This document shows, piece by piece, positions 19,910-30,821 of a stretch of 64,000 nt of DNA; position 1 is the first letter of the stretch, and the number at the start of each line of letters is the position of its first letter. The position numbers and the translations under genes were made by a program. Source of the DNA: Candidatus Poribacteria bacterium. GTDB lineage: Bacteria; Poribacteria; WGA-4E; WGA-3G. Where the stretch lies: NCBI GenBank assembly GCA_965242965.1, contig OZ251518.1:352001-416000 (forward strand), written 5' to 3'. The notes under the pieces were generated by a model. It worked only from the letters and a program-made list of their open reading frames with translations, searched no databases and was not told the DNA's origin.

Positions 19910-20500
19910 GAAAAAAACGCCTCGCTTTCATCGTAGGCGGCGAAAATCCCCCTTTCACCGTAGGGCGAGGGCCTGTCCCTCGCCATGCCTCGGTCTACCG
20001 AACGTTCGCGGGGGACAGGCCCCCGCGCTACGGAAAAAAACGCCTCCCTGTCACCGTAGGGCGAGGGCCTGTCCCTCGCCATGCCTCGGTCTACCGAACG
20101 ATCGCGGGGGCCTGTCCCCCGCGCTACGGTAAAAAACGGTCCTTGAGGCTCTGTAGGTCAGGATCGCCTGATCCTGACCTGTTTGTGATCAGGCGATCAC
20201 AAACTACAGATGGGGAAACACACATCGGGACGATGAGATCGCGGGGGACAGGCCCCCGCACTACGATAAAAAAACGCCTTCCCTTCACGTAGGGCGAGGG
20301 CCTGTCCCTCGCCATGCCTCGGTCTACCGAACGATCGCGGGGGACAGGCCCCCGCACTACGATAAAAAAACGGGGCTTGAGCCATCGCGGGGGACAGGCC
20401 CCCGCGCTACGGGAACATCGAGACCGGGAGGTCTCGCCTACCGGAAATTGAGCCCCGAGGTCTCGCCTACCGGACACATCGGAATTATGAAAACCCTCAG
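19910..20500. mobile_element. REP-like array flanked by a 36-bp direct repeat
   Basis: 19874-19909 and 20501-20536 are 34/36 identical; right end TTATGAAAACCCTC. Confidence 0.75.
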
Positions 20501-20527
20501 ATTAATATGATACCACAAACGCAAATT

Positions 20528-23500
20528 TCATGCAAATTTGATAAACGCCGCGCTGCAAATGACCTTGGGAGGGACACGGACGGACTGAATAGGTGGCACC
20601 TCGTCGCTTGCCAACGCCGACATATTGTAGCGGTGATAGAGGGTTTTCAACGCCGTTAACAACTCTTCGCCCGTGAGTTCGGCGCGATAGAGGCGGCTGA
20701 TTTCGCGTTTGAGACGTTCTGTTAAGCGGCCGCGGAACGCTCGTTCAAGCGTCCCTATCGCGCGCTCTTCCGAGGTGCTGGCCAGCATCCTTAACTCCCG
20801 CAAAATGTATCGTTGCGCGCGGGACAACGTCTGTTTTGGAAAGGCGTTTCGCGTCCGACAGACTTCCGCTGCAGACGCTTTTTGGACTTGGGTGACGCGG
20901 GCGTTGTGATGGGCCGGAAGCGGTTTGCCTTGCAATTCGGCATCGCACTGGAGCAAGCGAAGGATTTCGGCAACATCGGTAGTCCGTTCAACGCCGTTTT
21001 CATCAAGCAGGACAAGCCGTCTTTGCTGTTCCTGTTCCCCGCGACAGCAGACGTAAGTGCCTTCTACTTCGGCGGGGATGCCGGTGCGAATGCCATCTCT
21101 TAACTCGGCGATGCGCTGATATTCCGCTGGGTTTTGCCGTCTCAATTGCCGCAGCAACTCTTCCGCCTCACTTAATCCGAAGCCCGGTTCTTCGGTTTCT
21201 TCTTCCAAGAGGCTGAGTTGTTCGCCGTTCTGTTCATAAATGGCATACATCGCTTTTTCGTTGAGTTGCTCGGTGTTGTCAAGGATTGCCGCGTCTTCAC
21301 CGATGGTATCGTGGATTTCCTGAATGCGGCATTGGAGTTTCTCGCGTAGCCCGAGGTTGCGTTCAATTCCCAATTCCGGCAGGAAATTGAACCCGTGGAT
21401 TTCGTCAAATTGACTGCCAATCCTATCAATGCGGCCGAAGCGTTGGATTAAGCGCACCGGATTCCAGTGTAAATCGTAGTTGATGAGCATGCCGCAATCT
21501 TGCAGGTTCAATCCCTCGGCGAGGACATCTGTGGCGATGAGCGTCTCTATCTCGGTTTCATCCGACTTCAAGCGATGTTGATTGGCGTTCGGTGCGAACC
21601 GCTCGACGACGCGCCGCTTCCTATCGCTGCCGTGGCTATGGATAACCTCCGTATTCGCTGTGTGCAGGTTTCGGTAGAGATAGTTTGCAGTATCAATATA
21701 TTGTGTGAAGATGAGCCGTTTTTTGCCCTGCAGCGATGGCGATGCCAGCAACGCTTTCAACTTCTGAAGTTTCGCATCCTGCGCAGGCGTGATATGCTGA
21801 ACCTTCTCGAAGATCTGGTTTAGAATACCGATGTCGTTCTGAATCGCCGCGCGAAGTTCAGGGACGTTGAAGTCACGGATGTCGTATTGCGCGGAGGCTT
21901 CGCGGCGTGCTTCCAGAAACTGTGCAATGTCCCGTTCTTCCGGGCTGATGTCGGTTTCATCAGAAGTGCTCGCTTCATAGAGGATTTTCTGGGCATCGTC
22001 ACCGGCTGGCACGATCCCATTTTCAAGCGCGCGGAGGAAATCGACGTGGACGTTATAGAACCGGGAGATAGTTGTCTTGAAGGCGTAAACACTGGATTCA
22101 AACCGTTTGAAGAGCAGAATACGCATGAGGCCCCGCAGGTTTCTACCCGCGCTCTGCAAATCCTGATACGGCGGGACATTCTGACTCTCCTCCTTCACAT
22201 AGTGCCAGAGGCCATACCGTGCATAAGTCAACTGCGCAGCGGTATCCGATTTACCGAGGTAATCGCGAATCTGTGCATAGAGCCCCTGATAGGTATCTTC
22301 AATGCTGTATTCAACCGTCTTGAGGGTGCGCTTCGGAAAGAACTGCTTGGTATCGCCGACGCGGACATAGGCGCGGCGTTCGCGGTTCAGGTAATCGGTG
22401 AATTGCGTTGCATCTACGGGTTCATCTGTCTCGGCATCGTAACCGTACCAACGCAAGATGTGGTTTCGCGTTCGGCGGATGAGAATGTGTTGTAAAAGCG
22501 TCGGGAGGCTCCGTTCCCCGTTCTCAATCAAGCGGAAGTATTCGCGAAGATTTGGCGCGTCCACCGGCAACTGCGTTTCGTCGTTGAGATGGAAAAGTTT
22601 GAGTTGGTGGTAGATATCCCACGCGCTTTTATTGCGCGGTGTCGCTGTGAGGAAGCAGCACTTCTTATCGCCTGTTGTGAGGAATTCCTGCAAGACGCGG
22701 TAGCGTTGCGTAGTGGCATTTCGGAAGTTGTGGCTTTCGTCAACGAGGACAAAATCGCAGTGTCGATAGCGAATATCTTCAAAGAGCAATTCCCGCGCGT
22801 TTTCTTCCCCGCTACTTAAAAGCCCGGTGGAGAGGATTTGCGCGCCGAGGCGGTAGAGGACGTTATAGGATTCCCACATGGACATAAGCGCGGGGGGACA
22901 GAGGATGAGCGGACGCGCCTGTTCAACTTGTTCAAAGTGCTTGACAATCGCCGAACCGATGTAACTTTTGCCGAGCCCGACGACATCGGAGATGAAGACA
23001 CCGCCGTATGCGTCAATAATCCGAATGGCTTGGGAAACGGCTACCTGCTGAAAATCCGCGAGTTGCGCTGTCAATTCGTCTGCCGGTGCGATGCGGCTCT
23101 CATCCGTTTCTACCCTATCTTTTACCAATTCGTAGAGCGTCTTCATGTAGATGTCATAAGGACGAACAAGCGCGAGGGCCCAGGAGGTTTGCATCTCGTC
23201 CATCAACGCCTTGTCAAAATCCTCTGCTTCGTCCCATAACGCGTCAAACCAGTCGCGGAGTTGCACCTGATTGGCGTTGCCGTGCACGACGACGTTCAAT
23301 TCGGTGTTGCTGGTTAACCCTGCCAAGGTAAGATTCGATGAGCCGACGATGGAGATGCCGGATTCATATCCCGCGTTTTTGCCATAATCGAAAATATACG
23401 CCTTGGCGTGGAAACGCTCCTTCGTGTAAACCCTGACTTTCAGTTGTCCGCTAGCAATCATCTCCACGAGAGTTTTGATGAGTTGCGCCGAGTCATCTGT

Positions 23501-23839
23501 CTGCGGCATGAATTCCATGCAGGCGCGGAGGTTTTGCGCTGTGTCACCGACGCGTGCCTTGCGTTCAACGCCGCGTGAATAGCGGCGCGCCGACTGAATC
23601 TCGCCTACAGATGCCAATTGTCGATATCCTTCGGCGAGCTGCTCAATCGTCTCGCGTGTACTCGTATTCCCGATGAGGAGACGGAGCTCGGTGACGTTTT
23701 GCAGTGCTTCCGCGATGCCGGTAAAGCCGGTGAGGAAAAAATATCCGACAGCGAAGCGGGCGCGCTCTGTCTCCTCTAACATGAGAGTGACGTTGTCGAT
23801 GAGTTTTTCGGTGCGATTGTCGATAATGTCTTGTGGCAT
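20528..23839 (-). CDS. PLD-nuclease + SNF2-like helicase (restriction-type subunit)
   Basis: FHAKAYIFD...GSSNLT (PLD HKD), DVVGLGKS, DESHNFRN, LTATP, TDVLAEGLNLQ and QRFGRIDRIG motifs. Confidence 0.88.
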   Translation of the reverse strand: MPQDIIDNRTEKLIDNVTLMLEETERARFAVGYFFLTGFTGIAEALQNVTELRLLIGNTSTRETIEQLAEGYRQLASVGEIQSARRYSRGVERKARVGDTAQNLRACMEFMPQTDDSAQLIKTLVEMIASGQLKVRVYTKERFHAKAYIFDYGKNAGYESGISIVGSSNLTLAGLTSNTELNVVVHGNANQVQLRDWFDALWDEAEDFDKALMDEMQTSWALALVRPYDIYMKTLYELVKDRVETDESRIAPADELTAQLADFQQVAVSQAIRIIDAYGGVFISDVVGLGKSYIGSAIVKHFEQVEQARPLILCPPALMSMWESYNVLYRLGAQILSTGLLSSGEENARELLFEDIRYRHCDFVLVDESHNFRNATTQRYRVLQEFLTTGDKKCCFLTATPRNKSAWDIYHQLKLFHLNDETQLPVDAPNLREYFRLIENGERSLPTLLQHILIRRTRNHILRWYGYDAETDEPVDATQFTDYLNRERRAYVRVGDTKQFFPKRTLKTVEYSIEDTYQGLYAQIRDYLGKSDTAAQLTYARYGLWHYVKEESQNVPPYQDLQSAGRNLRGLMRILLFKRFESSVYAFKTTISRFYNVHVDFLRALENGIVPAGDDAQKILYEASTSDETDISPEERDIAQFLEARREASAQYDIRDFNVPELRAAIQNDIGILNQIFEKVQHITPAQDAKLQKLKALLASPSLQGKKRLIFTQYIDTANYLYRNLHTANTEVIHSHGSDRKRRVVERFAPNANQHRLKSDETEIETLIATDVLAEGLNLQDCGMLINYDLHWNPVRLIQRFGRIDRIGSQFDEIHGFNFLPELGIERNLGLREKLQCRIQEIHDTIGEDAAILDNTEQLNEKAMYAIYEQNGEQLSLLEEETEEPGFGLSEAEELLRQLRRQNPAEYQRIAELRDGIRTGIPAEVEGTYVCCRGEQEQQRRLVLLDENGVERTTDVAEILRLLQCDAELQGKPLPAHHNARVTQVQKASAAEVCRTRNAFPKQTLSRAQRYILRELRMLASTSEERAIGTLERAFRGRLTERLKREISRLYRAELTGEELLTALKTLYHRYNMSALASDEVPPIQSVRVPPKVICSAAFIKFA

Positions 23840-23849
23840 AGAACCTGCC

Positions 23850-25978
23850 TTATTTCAGGAGCTCTAATAGTGCATTTATACCTTTTACGCCGAGCACAGA
23901 CAAAACTGTTGCAAAAGCGATGCTGACAATTCCGCCAAGGACGATCTTCCAGGGAGTCAGCGCGCCCTTCAATGCCTCAACGGATTTTTCAGTGTTCACC
24001 AACTTTTCGTTCATATTGTCTAGTTGCACATCCCGTTTTGCGTCGCGTTCGGCACTAGCGGCGAGATGAGCTTCTGTCTTGGCTTGGAATTTCCCAATCT
24101 GCCGGAGGGACTCGTCAATGCTGCCTAAGCGTGCATCGCGTGCAGTGTCGCGTTCCGCACTGGCGGCGAGGAGTGCTTCTGTCTTGGCTTGGAATTCGCC
24201 AATCTGCCGGAGGGATTCGTCAATGCTGCCTAAGCGTGCATCGCGTGCAGTGTCGCGTTCCGCACCGGCGTTGAGGAGTGCTTCTGTCTTGGCTTGGAAT
24301 TTCCCAATCTGCCGGAGGGATTCGTCAATGTTGCCTAAGCGTGCATCGCGTGCAGTGTCGCGTTCCGCACCGGCGTTGAGGAGTGCCTCTGTTTTCGCCT
24401 GGAATTTCGCGATGTCATCTAAGCGCGCGTCCCGTTCGGCATCGCGCGCTGCACTGGCATTGAGGAGTGCCTCTGTTTTCGCTTGGAATTCCCCAATCTG
24501 TTGGAATAACTCCCCGAGGTGTTCCAAGCGTGCATCGTGTGCAGCGTCGCGTTCCGCACCGGCGTTGAGGAGTGCCTCTGTTTTCGCTTGGAATTTCGCG
24601 ATGTCGTCTAAGCGTGCATCCCATTCCGCGCCGCGTTCTGCACTAGCGGTGAGGAGTGCCTCTGTCTTCGTTTGGAATTCGCCAATCTGTTGGAACAACC
24701 CCTCAAGGTGTTTCAAACGTGCATCGCGCTCGGTATCGCGTTCGGCACTGGCGGTGAGGAGTGCTTCTGTCTTGGCTTGGAATTCGCCAATCTGCCGGAG
24801 GGACTCGTCAATGCGGACGAAGTGTGCATCGCGTTCGGCATCGCGTTCGGCACTGGCGGCGAGATGGGCCTCTGTCTTGGCTTGGAATTTCGCGATGTCC
24901 TCTAAGCGTGCATCCCATTCCGCGCCGCGTGCTGCACTAGCGTTGAGGAGTGCCTCGGTCTTGGTTTGGAATTCGCCAATCTGTTGGAACAACCCCTCAA
25001 GGTGTTTCAAACGGGCATCGCGCTCGGTATCGCGTTCGGCACTGGCGTGAGGAGTGCTTCTGTCTTTGCTTGGAATTCCCCAATCTGCCGGAGGGACTCG
25101 TCAATGCGACCGAAGTGTGCATCGCGTGCAGCCTCGCGTTCTGCACTCGCGGCGAGATGGGCCTCTGTTTTCGCTTGGAATTTCGCGATGTCATCTAAGC
25201 GTGCATCCCATTCCGCGCCGCGTGCTGCACTAGCGTTGAGGAGTGCCTCTGTCTTGGCTTGGAATTTCGCGATGTCATCTAAGCGTGCATCCCGTGCAGC
25301 GTCGCGTTCGGCACTGGCGTTGAGGAGTGCCTCGGTCCTGGTTTGGAATTCCCCAATCTGTTGGAACAACCCCTCAAGGTGTTCCACTCGGGCATCGCGT
25401 TCGGTGTCGCGCGCTGCACTGGCGGCGAGATGGGCCTCTGTCTTCACTTGGAATTCTCCGATTTGGCGGAGGGACTCGTCAATGCGACCGAAGTGTGCAT
25501 CGCGTTCGGTGTCGCGCGCTGCACTGGCGTTGAGGAGTGCCTCAGTCTTGGTTTGAAATTCGCCAATCTGTTGGAACAACCCCTCAAGGTGTTCCACTCG
25601 GGCATCGCGTTCGGTGTCGCGCGCTGCACTAGCGGTGAGATGAGCCTCTGTCTGCTCTTGAAACGCCGCTATCCGCTTGAACAATTCCTCAAGACTATCT
25701 AACCGCGTATCGCGTTTGGCATCTAATGCCTCAACTGCAGTCAATCGTGCATGCGTTTGGGTCTGGAGTTCTACAACGCGTTGGAGCAATTCCTCAGTGC
25801 CGTCCAGTCGTGCGTCGCGCGCTGCGTCGCGCTCAGCACTGGCAACGAGATACGCATCTCTTTTGACATCCAGTTCAGCACTACGTTCTTGTATCTTCTC
25901 GATCCTCTCCAACCGAGGAATGCTTTCGTGACGTGCCGGCTCCGAAGCATTTTTAGGTTGATTATCGGTAGTTTTCAT
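23850..25978 (-). CDS. Tandem-repeat coiled-coil protein with C-terminal TM anchor, split by a 1-bp frameshift near 25047 (about 709 aa if joined)
   Basis: ORFs 25007-25978 and 23850-25010 carry the same 35/28-aa repeats; ACTGGCGTGAGG lacks one base relative to sibling repeats; hydrophobic C-terminus. Confidence 0.75.
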
Positions 25979-26092
25979 CGGTTTCTCCTTGCAAATTTAT
26001 TGTTAAGTATAAGTTTACCATACTTCAATAGGTTTGCGCAAGGATTTTTTTACAATCGATGCACCGCACGCGTGTTTCGCCTGTAATCAAAT

Positions 26093-26519
26093 TAGGGTGT
26101 TTCATAAATCCGTGTAGGAGAAACCTCCAGGTCCTGATATCGGCCGCGCAAGCCAACGCTCGCGGGGGACAGGCCCCCGCGCTACGAAAAAAACTTCTCT
26201 TAGGTCCGTAGGACCTTAATGTCTATAGCACGCGCGTCTGTGAAGAACCCTAAGGTCCTTTAGGTCCTTAATAGATTTTGCCTTACCGCGTGGTTTTGAT
26301 TAAGGACCTAAAGGACCTTGAAAAGGGACCTGCACGTTTTTCTATAGACATATAGGACCTAAAGGACCTAAAACGCGATTCTTGATGATGGAGATCGCGG
26401 GGGACAGGCCCCCGCGCTACGGGAACATCGAGACCAGGAGGTCTCTCCTACCGGGGAGTCGAGACCGGGAGGGCGCGCCTACGGAGAGAAATCGAGACCG
26501 GGAGGTCTCTCCTACCGGC
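26093..26519. mobile_element. Composite REP/MITE-like element with a 37-bp flanking duplication
   Basis: Left end TAGGGTGTTTCATAA; TAGGTCCTTTAGGTCC modules; 26031-26067 identical to 26520-26556. Confidence 0.75.
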
Positions 26520-26538
26520 GGTTTGCGCAAGGATTTTT

Positions 26539-26847
26539 TTACAATCGATGCACCGCGACGAACTCCGGCGTGGCTCCCTCTTCCCAAACGGCAGACGTCC
26601 GCCGGTCTTTTTTGCCAACACCGAAAATAACGAATACGTCAGGGGCAACCGAACGCCTGTTTTCGGGGGTGCCGTAATAGATGAGCAAATTTCCGGACAC
26701 ATACACATCGGGCGCGTGCCGGAAGTGGTGCTCCAACGTCTGAATAAGGGACATCATTACTCTTCGGTGTTTATCGGTTTCTGCCATAGGTTTTCCATCT
26801 GATTCGGGTAGGGTGAGTGTCGGCGCAGAGCGTATTTGTTGCAACAT
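26539..26847 (-). pseudogene. Truncated Uma2-family endonuclease
   Basis: PESDGKPMAE..H, VSGNLLIYY, VAPDVFVIFGV and WEEG.PEFV motifs, then an abrupt stop at 102 aa before the E-x-x-S segment. Confidence 0.75.
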
Positions 26848-26955
26848 CGTTCCATCTCCTTAGGTGAAGAAATGCGCGCATCCCGCGCAGCATCATTACG
26901 ATTCATCAGATAGTATACCACATTTTCCTGAAAAATCAAACCTTTTCTTTCGGTT

Positions 26956-29900
26956 TCAACTCCGCGCCTTCTTAAGCCTAGTTTCAACGAGATTGATAAC
27001 CGCCTCGTAAACGCCATCACGCTCGCCTTGCGTCAATTCCAAGATGTCAAAGATGACGTTGTCAATCGCGATGCGCGCCGGTGAAGGCGATAAAACGTCC
27101 CATTCTTCGGATGCGAGGAGGGATGCATTTACCCCCCCCCTCAAAATTCATGTCTGTTAAGTTAGGGTTAACACATCGTAGCTCTCCCAAATCCGAGGTT
27201 TGGAGTTCTAACTCCCCATATCCTAGGTTTGAGCGACCGTTCACGTTCACCATCAACTGGAAGAAAGTAGAATTGAGGGAGAAACAGAGAGGTATCCTCA
27301 ACTCAAGTGCGCATTGGAGTTCCATAAACTTGCCAGTCACATAACACCCCTCACTGGCATACAATGTTTTTGCCGTTGAACGCATCCGGTGCGCAAAACT
27401 CATATACGGAGGCGGGCGTTTGCCCACATCATACCATCGCCGTCTAGATCGGATGCTCGGCCGCTGAGGCAGTTTCTGGCTTTCACCCGATTCAATGTAT
27501 GCCAACGCAGCGGTGCCTCTTAAGGCTTCTCTCTCCTTTTGACACAGAAAGAGTTGATGTGGTGATTGTTCGGGGCGAATCAACAGGCTCTCAGTGACTC
27601 TCCTGTCGTTGACAATCGGGTGTAAAAACTCTGGCTCAATATGCCACGCCGAAATCGTCTCCGCATCAAGGATGAAAAACTGGTTTGCCCCGCTCATGAT
27701 TCCTCGCCGAATCTGAGCGATGTCGCCGACACGGACGAGTTTATCCGAGCCTTTTTCTAGTAATGTCCAATAGATGTCGGGAGCGCGCAGATACTTCGCG
27801 CCCCATTTGTTTCCGGTATACTTCGTCTTTGCATCCATTCCGGCGGCTAAAAGTGCATCCTGCGAGAGAAGGTGAATTCGATATTCAGGCAGAGCATTCC
27901 GCTGGATTTCGGTTTCGATTTCGTAAAAGATGACAGGATCCAAAATAGCCTCAAACGGTTCGGTAAAGTTAACAAACCGCACAATGTCTTGCAAACCTGA
28001 TGCGCTATCTCTAACCGGGGCGGAGATGAGACAAATAGCAGTGTTGATATTTACGGCTTTGAAGGAACGTCGTGCCGCGTTGTCCAAAACCAGTTTGAGA
28101 TGACACCGCTTAAGGAGGAATTCCTGCAAATCTTTGCCGAAGTCCGCATCTAACCACGATCTGGATGTGATAGTGCAGAAGGTTCCTTTGGGATTTAGCA
28201 ACGAGAGTCCGTGAAAGTAGAAGTAGACGTAGAGATCGCTGTTGCCATCTAGTTTATGCTTCACGGCAGACGCGGGGTTTTCCTTCGTATCCTTCTCCGG
28301 TTGATACCCGAAGAATGCAGGGAACGCCTGATAAACGGAACGCGCCAACTTGGCTTTATACGCCTTCGTGTTAGCGGGTGTAACCGCGTCTCGGGCTAGC
28401 GTCGGGTCTGTGAGTTTTTTCGTTGAAACGTAAGGCGGGTTTTCTATCACGATGTCAAAACCACCATACTGTTTGAAAATCTCAACGAAGGCAATGTCCC
28501 ACACGAAAGGTGGAACTGCATCTGACGTAAGGGCATGCTGGGCACGTTGGAGGTTGTTGAGATTCGCCTGTTGAAGTGCCAACTCCTGTTGCTTTTGCCG
28601 AGTTGCAAGATCTAATTGCGCTGCCTGGGGTTTCTCAATCCCGTCAAGCGTCAGTTGTTCAGCCGGATCTTCAAGCCATTCCTGTAAACCTGCAATGCCT
28701 TCCAAAATTTGGCTTTCCTGCGACTGCAGTGTCTCCCGAAAGAGCAAGTTCTCGGCGCGTTGCACATCCGCTTTCTCACGATATTTCCGCTCACGTTCGT
28801 TGTGATAAAACTTCAGTTTCTCTGTCTGGTGGAATACGATTTTGCGCGAGATGTCAGTCGGCACGCCGCTGCCCAACGCGCGCGTCTGCGCGAGGTTCAT
28901 CCCACCGATGTCCTGCACCAGACTATCGCCGTGACGAATGTTAAACGAAAAATCAGGCAGCAAGGGCTCCTCGCGAATCTGCAGTTCCGCGGTGGAAATC
29001 TCTGCCTCAATGATGAGCGCGAGCCAGAGGCGTAACTCGGCAACTTTGCATGCCCACGGCATCACGTCTACGCCGTAGAGATTCTTGCCGATAATCGCCT
29101 TGCGGCGTTCAAACCTTGAGGTAACAGATGCACCGAGGTGCCGTGCGGCGCGTTCCCCCAGGTCATCGAGAATATGGAGCATGCCGACGAGAAACGAACC
29201 GCTGCCACACGCCGGATCCAACACCGTGAGACGGTTCAGATGCGTCGCGATATCACCCCACTGCGCGGCGAGGTGGGCATCGGCATCTTCCTTCTCTGTT
29301 TCATCGAACGTAAAGAGTGCGGCGTAAAATTGATGCTTATGCGCCTCACCGATGTGATTTGCGAGGTTATCTACGAGCGCGAGACGGCACATCATATCTA
29401 TCTCGATGCGCGGCGTGTAGAAGATGCCGGCATCGCCGCGTTCATCGGTTTCAGCGGAGACACTGACGAGACTCTCGTAGACTTTGCCGATCATCTCGGG
29501 GTCTACGGCGACTTCCTGTTCCAGCGGGGTATCCTCGGCGATGGTGAAGTTATATCCCTCGAAGAACTGGAAGATGTCGCGCCATAAATCATCGGGAATC
29601 GTGGTGGCATACTCGGTATCCCATTCGTTTTCTCGGAATAAGCCGCCGTTGAGATAGGGCGCGTGCTGAAGCGTTTCGCGGATGTTGTCAGGAAAGTAAC
29701 GATATCCGCCGTGAAACTTCTGATTGAAAGCGGCGAAGAAGAGGACGTTGAGCCACTTTGCCACGAAGGTATCCGCTGGTTGCGTTGCGTTTTGATACGC
29801 CTGCCAAAACGTGTGCAGGAAATCGGTGTCGTTTCCGAGCCACCGTTTTCGCTGGATGAAATAGAGGAAGAGGCAGCGGCTGAGGAATTGTTGGGCTGCA

Positions 29901-30565
29901 TCGTGCGCCCACTTTTTATCAGCGGTTTGCGTTTCCAACTCGGTTTGGAGGTTTCTGAAGACGCGCTGATAGTCGGCGAAAAACTGCGCTGTCACGGCAT
30001 CGACATCGAAGGCGGCATCGTGCTGTTTGGTAATTTGCAGAGGTGTCAGCAGCTCTGGATTTGGGAAGAGGCTCTCCTGTTGGCCGTCAATGGCTATCGT
30101 CGCCAGATCGAGCATTGCGATACGTTCGGCGGCGGTGCGGAGTTTTTCATCGGGCGCGACAGTGATGCGCCGGAATCGGTGGCGTGCCTTGTGTTTCTTG
30201 CTTGCCTCGCGGACGAGTGTGACGTTGACGAAGTGCCAGTGGTCTTGCGCAATATTGCTAAAGATGTAGAGCGCGTGCGGGAAGCGCGTCTGCAAGTGCG
30301 CGATGACGCGGCGTTCGGCGGTCTTGCGGGGTGTTTCGGTATTGAGGCGCGCGTATATGATGTGAAAGTCGTTATCCCTACCCCCGGCGGCAAAGCGTCG
30401 CGGTGCCTCGGCGAGGCAGTCGGCGATGGCTTCCGGGATGTTCTCAATCGGTTCATCGATGCGGTGATAATTGAGTTCTACCCAAAAGAGTTCGCGCAGG
30501 GGTTCGATGCCGCGGAGGTTTTGTAGCAGAGTTAAGATGCGTTCGGTGTTTTCGGGTGTTGGCAT
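26956..30565 (-). CDS. Large N6-adenine DNA methyltransferase (Eco57I-like); natural C-terminus out of frame at G9 tract 27132-27140
   Basis: YLNGGLF, GKVYESL, GIFYTP, LDPACGSGSFL and ENPPY motifs; in-frame ORF stops at 27062, helical tail lies in the frame ending 26956. Confidence 0.85.
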
Positions 30566-30639
30566 GCCGTTGTCTCCGATTCTTAAGGTTTACGATATTA
30601 TAGGAGAAAAGCGGATTTTAAGTCAAGGAATTTCATGAT

Positions 30640-30820
30640 CGGCATGGCGAGGGACAGGCCCTCGCCCTACGGGAAAACGGACCGTTCCGGATACCGTAGC
30701 GCGGGGGCCTGTCCCCCGCGAGCGTTCAGTAGACCGGAGCCTGGCGAGGGACAGGCCCTCGCCCTACGGTGTTCGATGCGGTTTCAGCATGGCGAGGGAC
30801 AGGCCCTCGCCCTACGGGGA
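30640..30820. repeat. REP-like cluster
   Basis: Three GGCGAGGGACAGGCCCTCGCCCTAC copies. Confidence 0.8.
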
Positions 30821-30821
30821 A

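Noticed and set aside
24079-25556. Long plus-strand repeat ORFs
   Set aside because: Antisense shadows of the coiled-coil repeat gene; no SD and implausible composition
20528-30565. Complete DISARM, BREX or Dpd system
   Set aside because: No drmA/drmB, pglZ/brxC, dpdB/C or queCDE in the window
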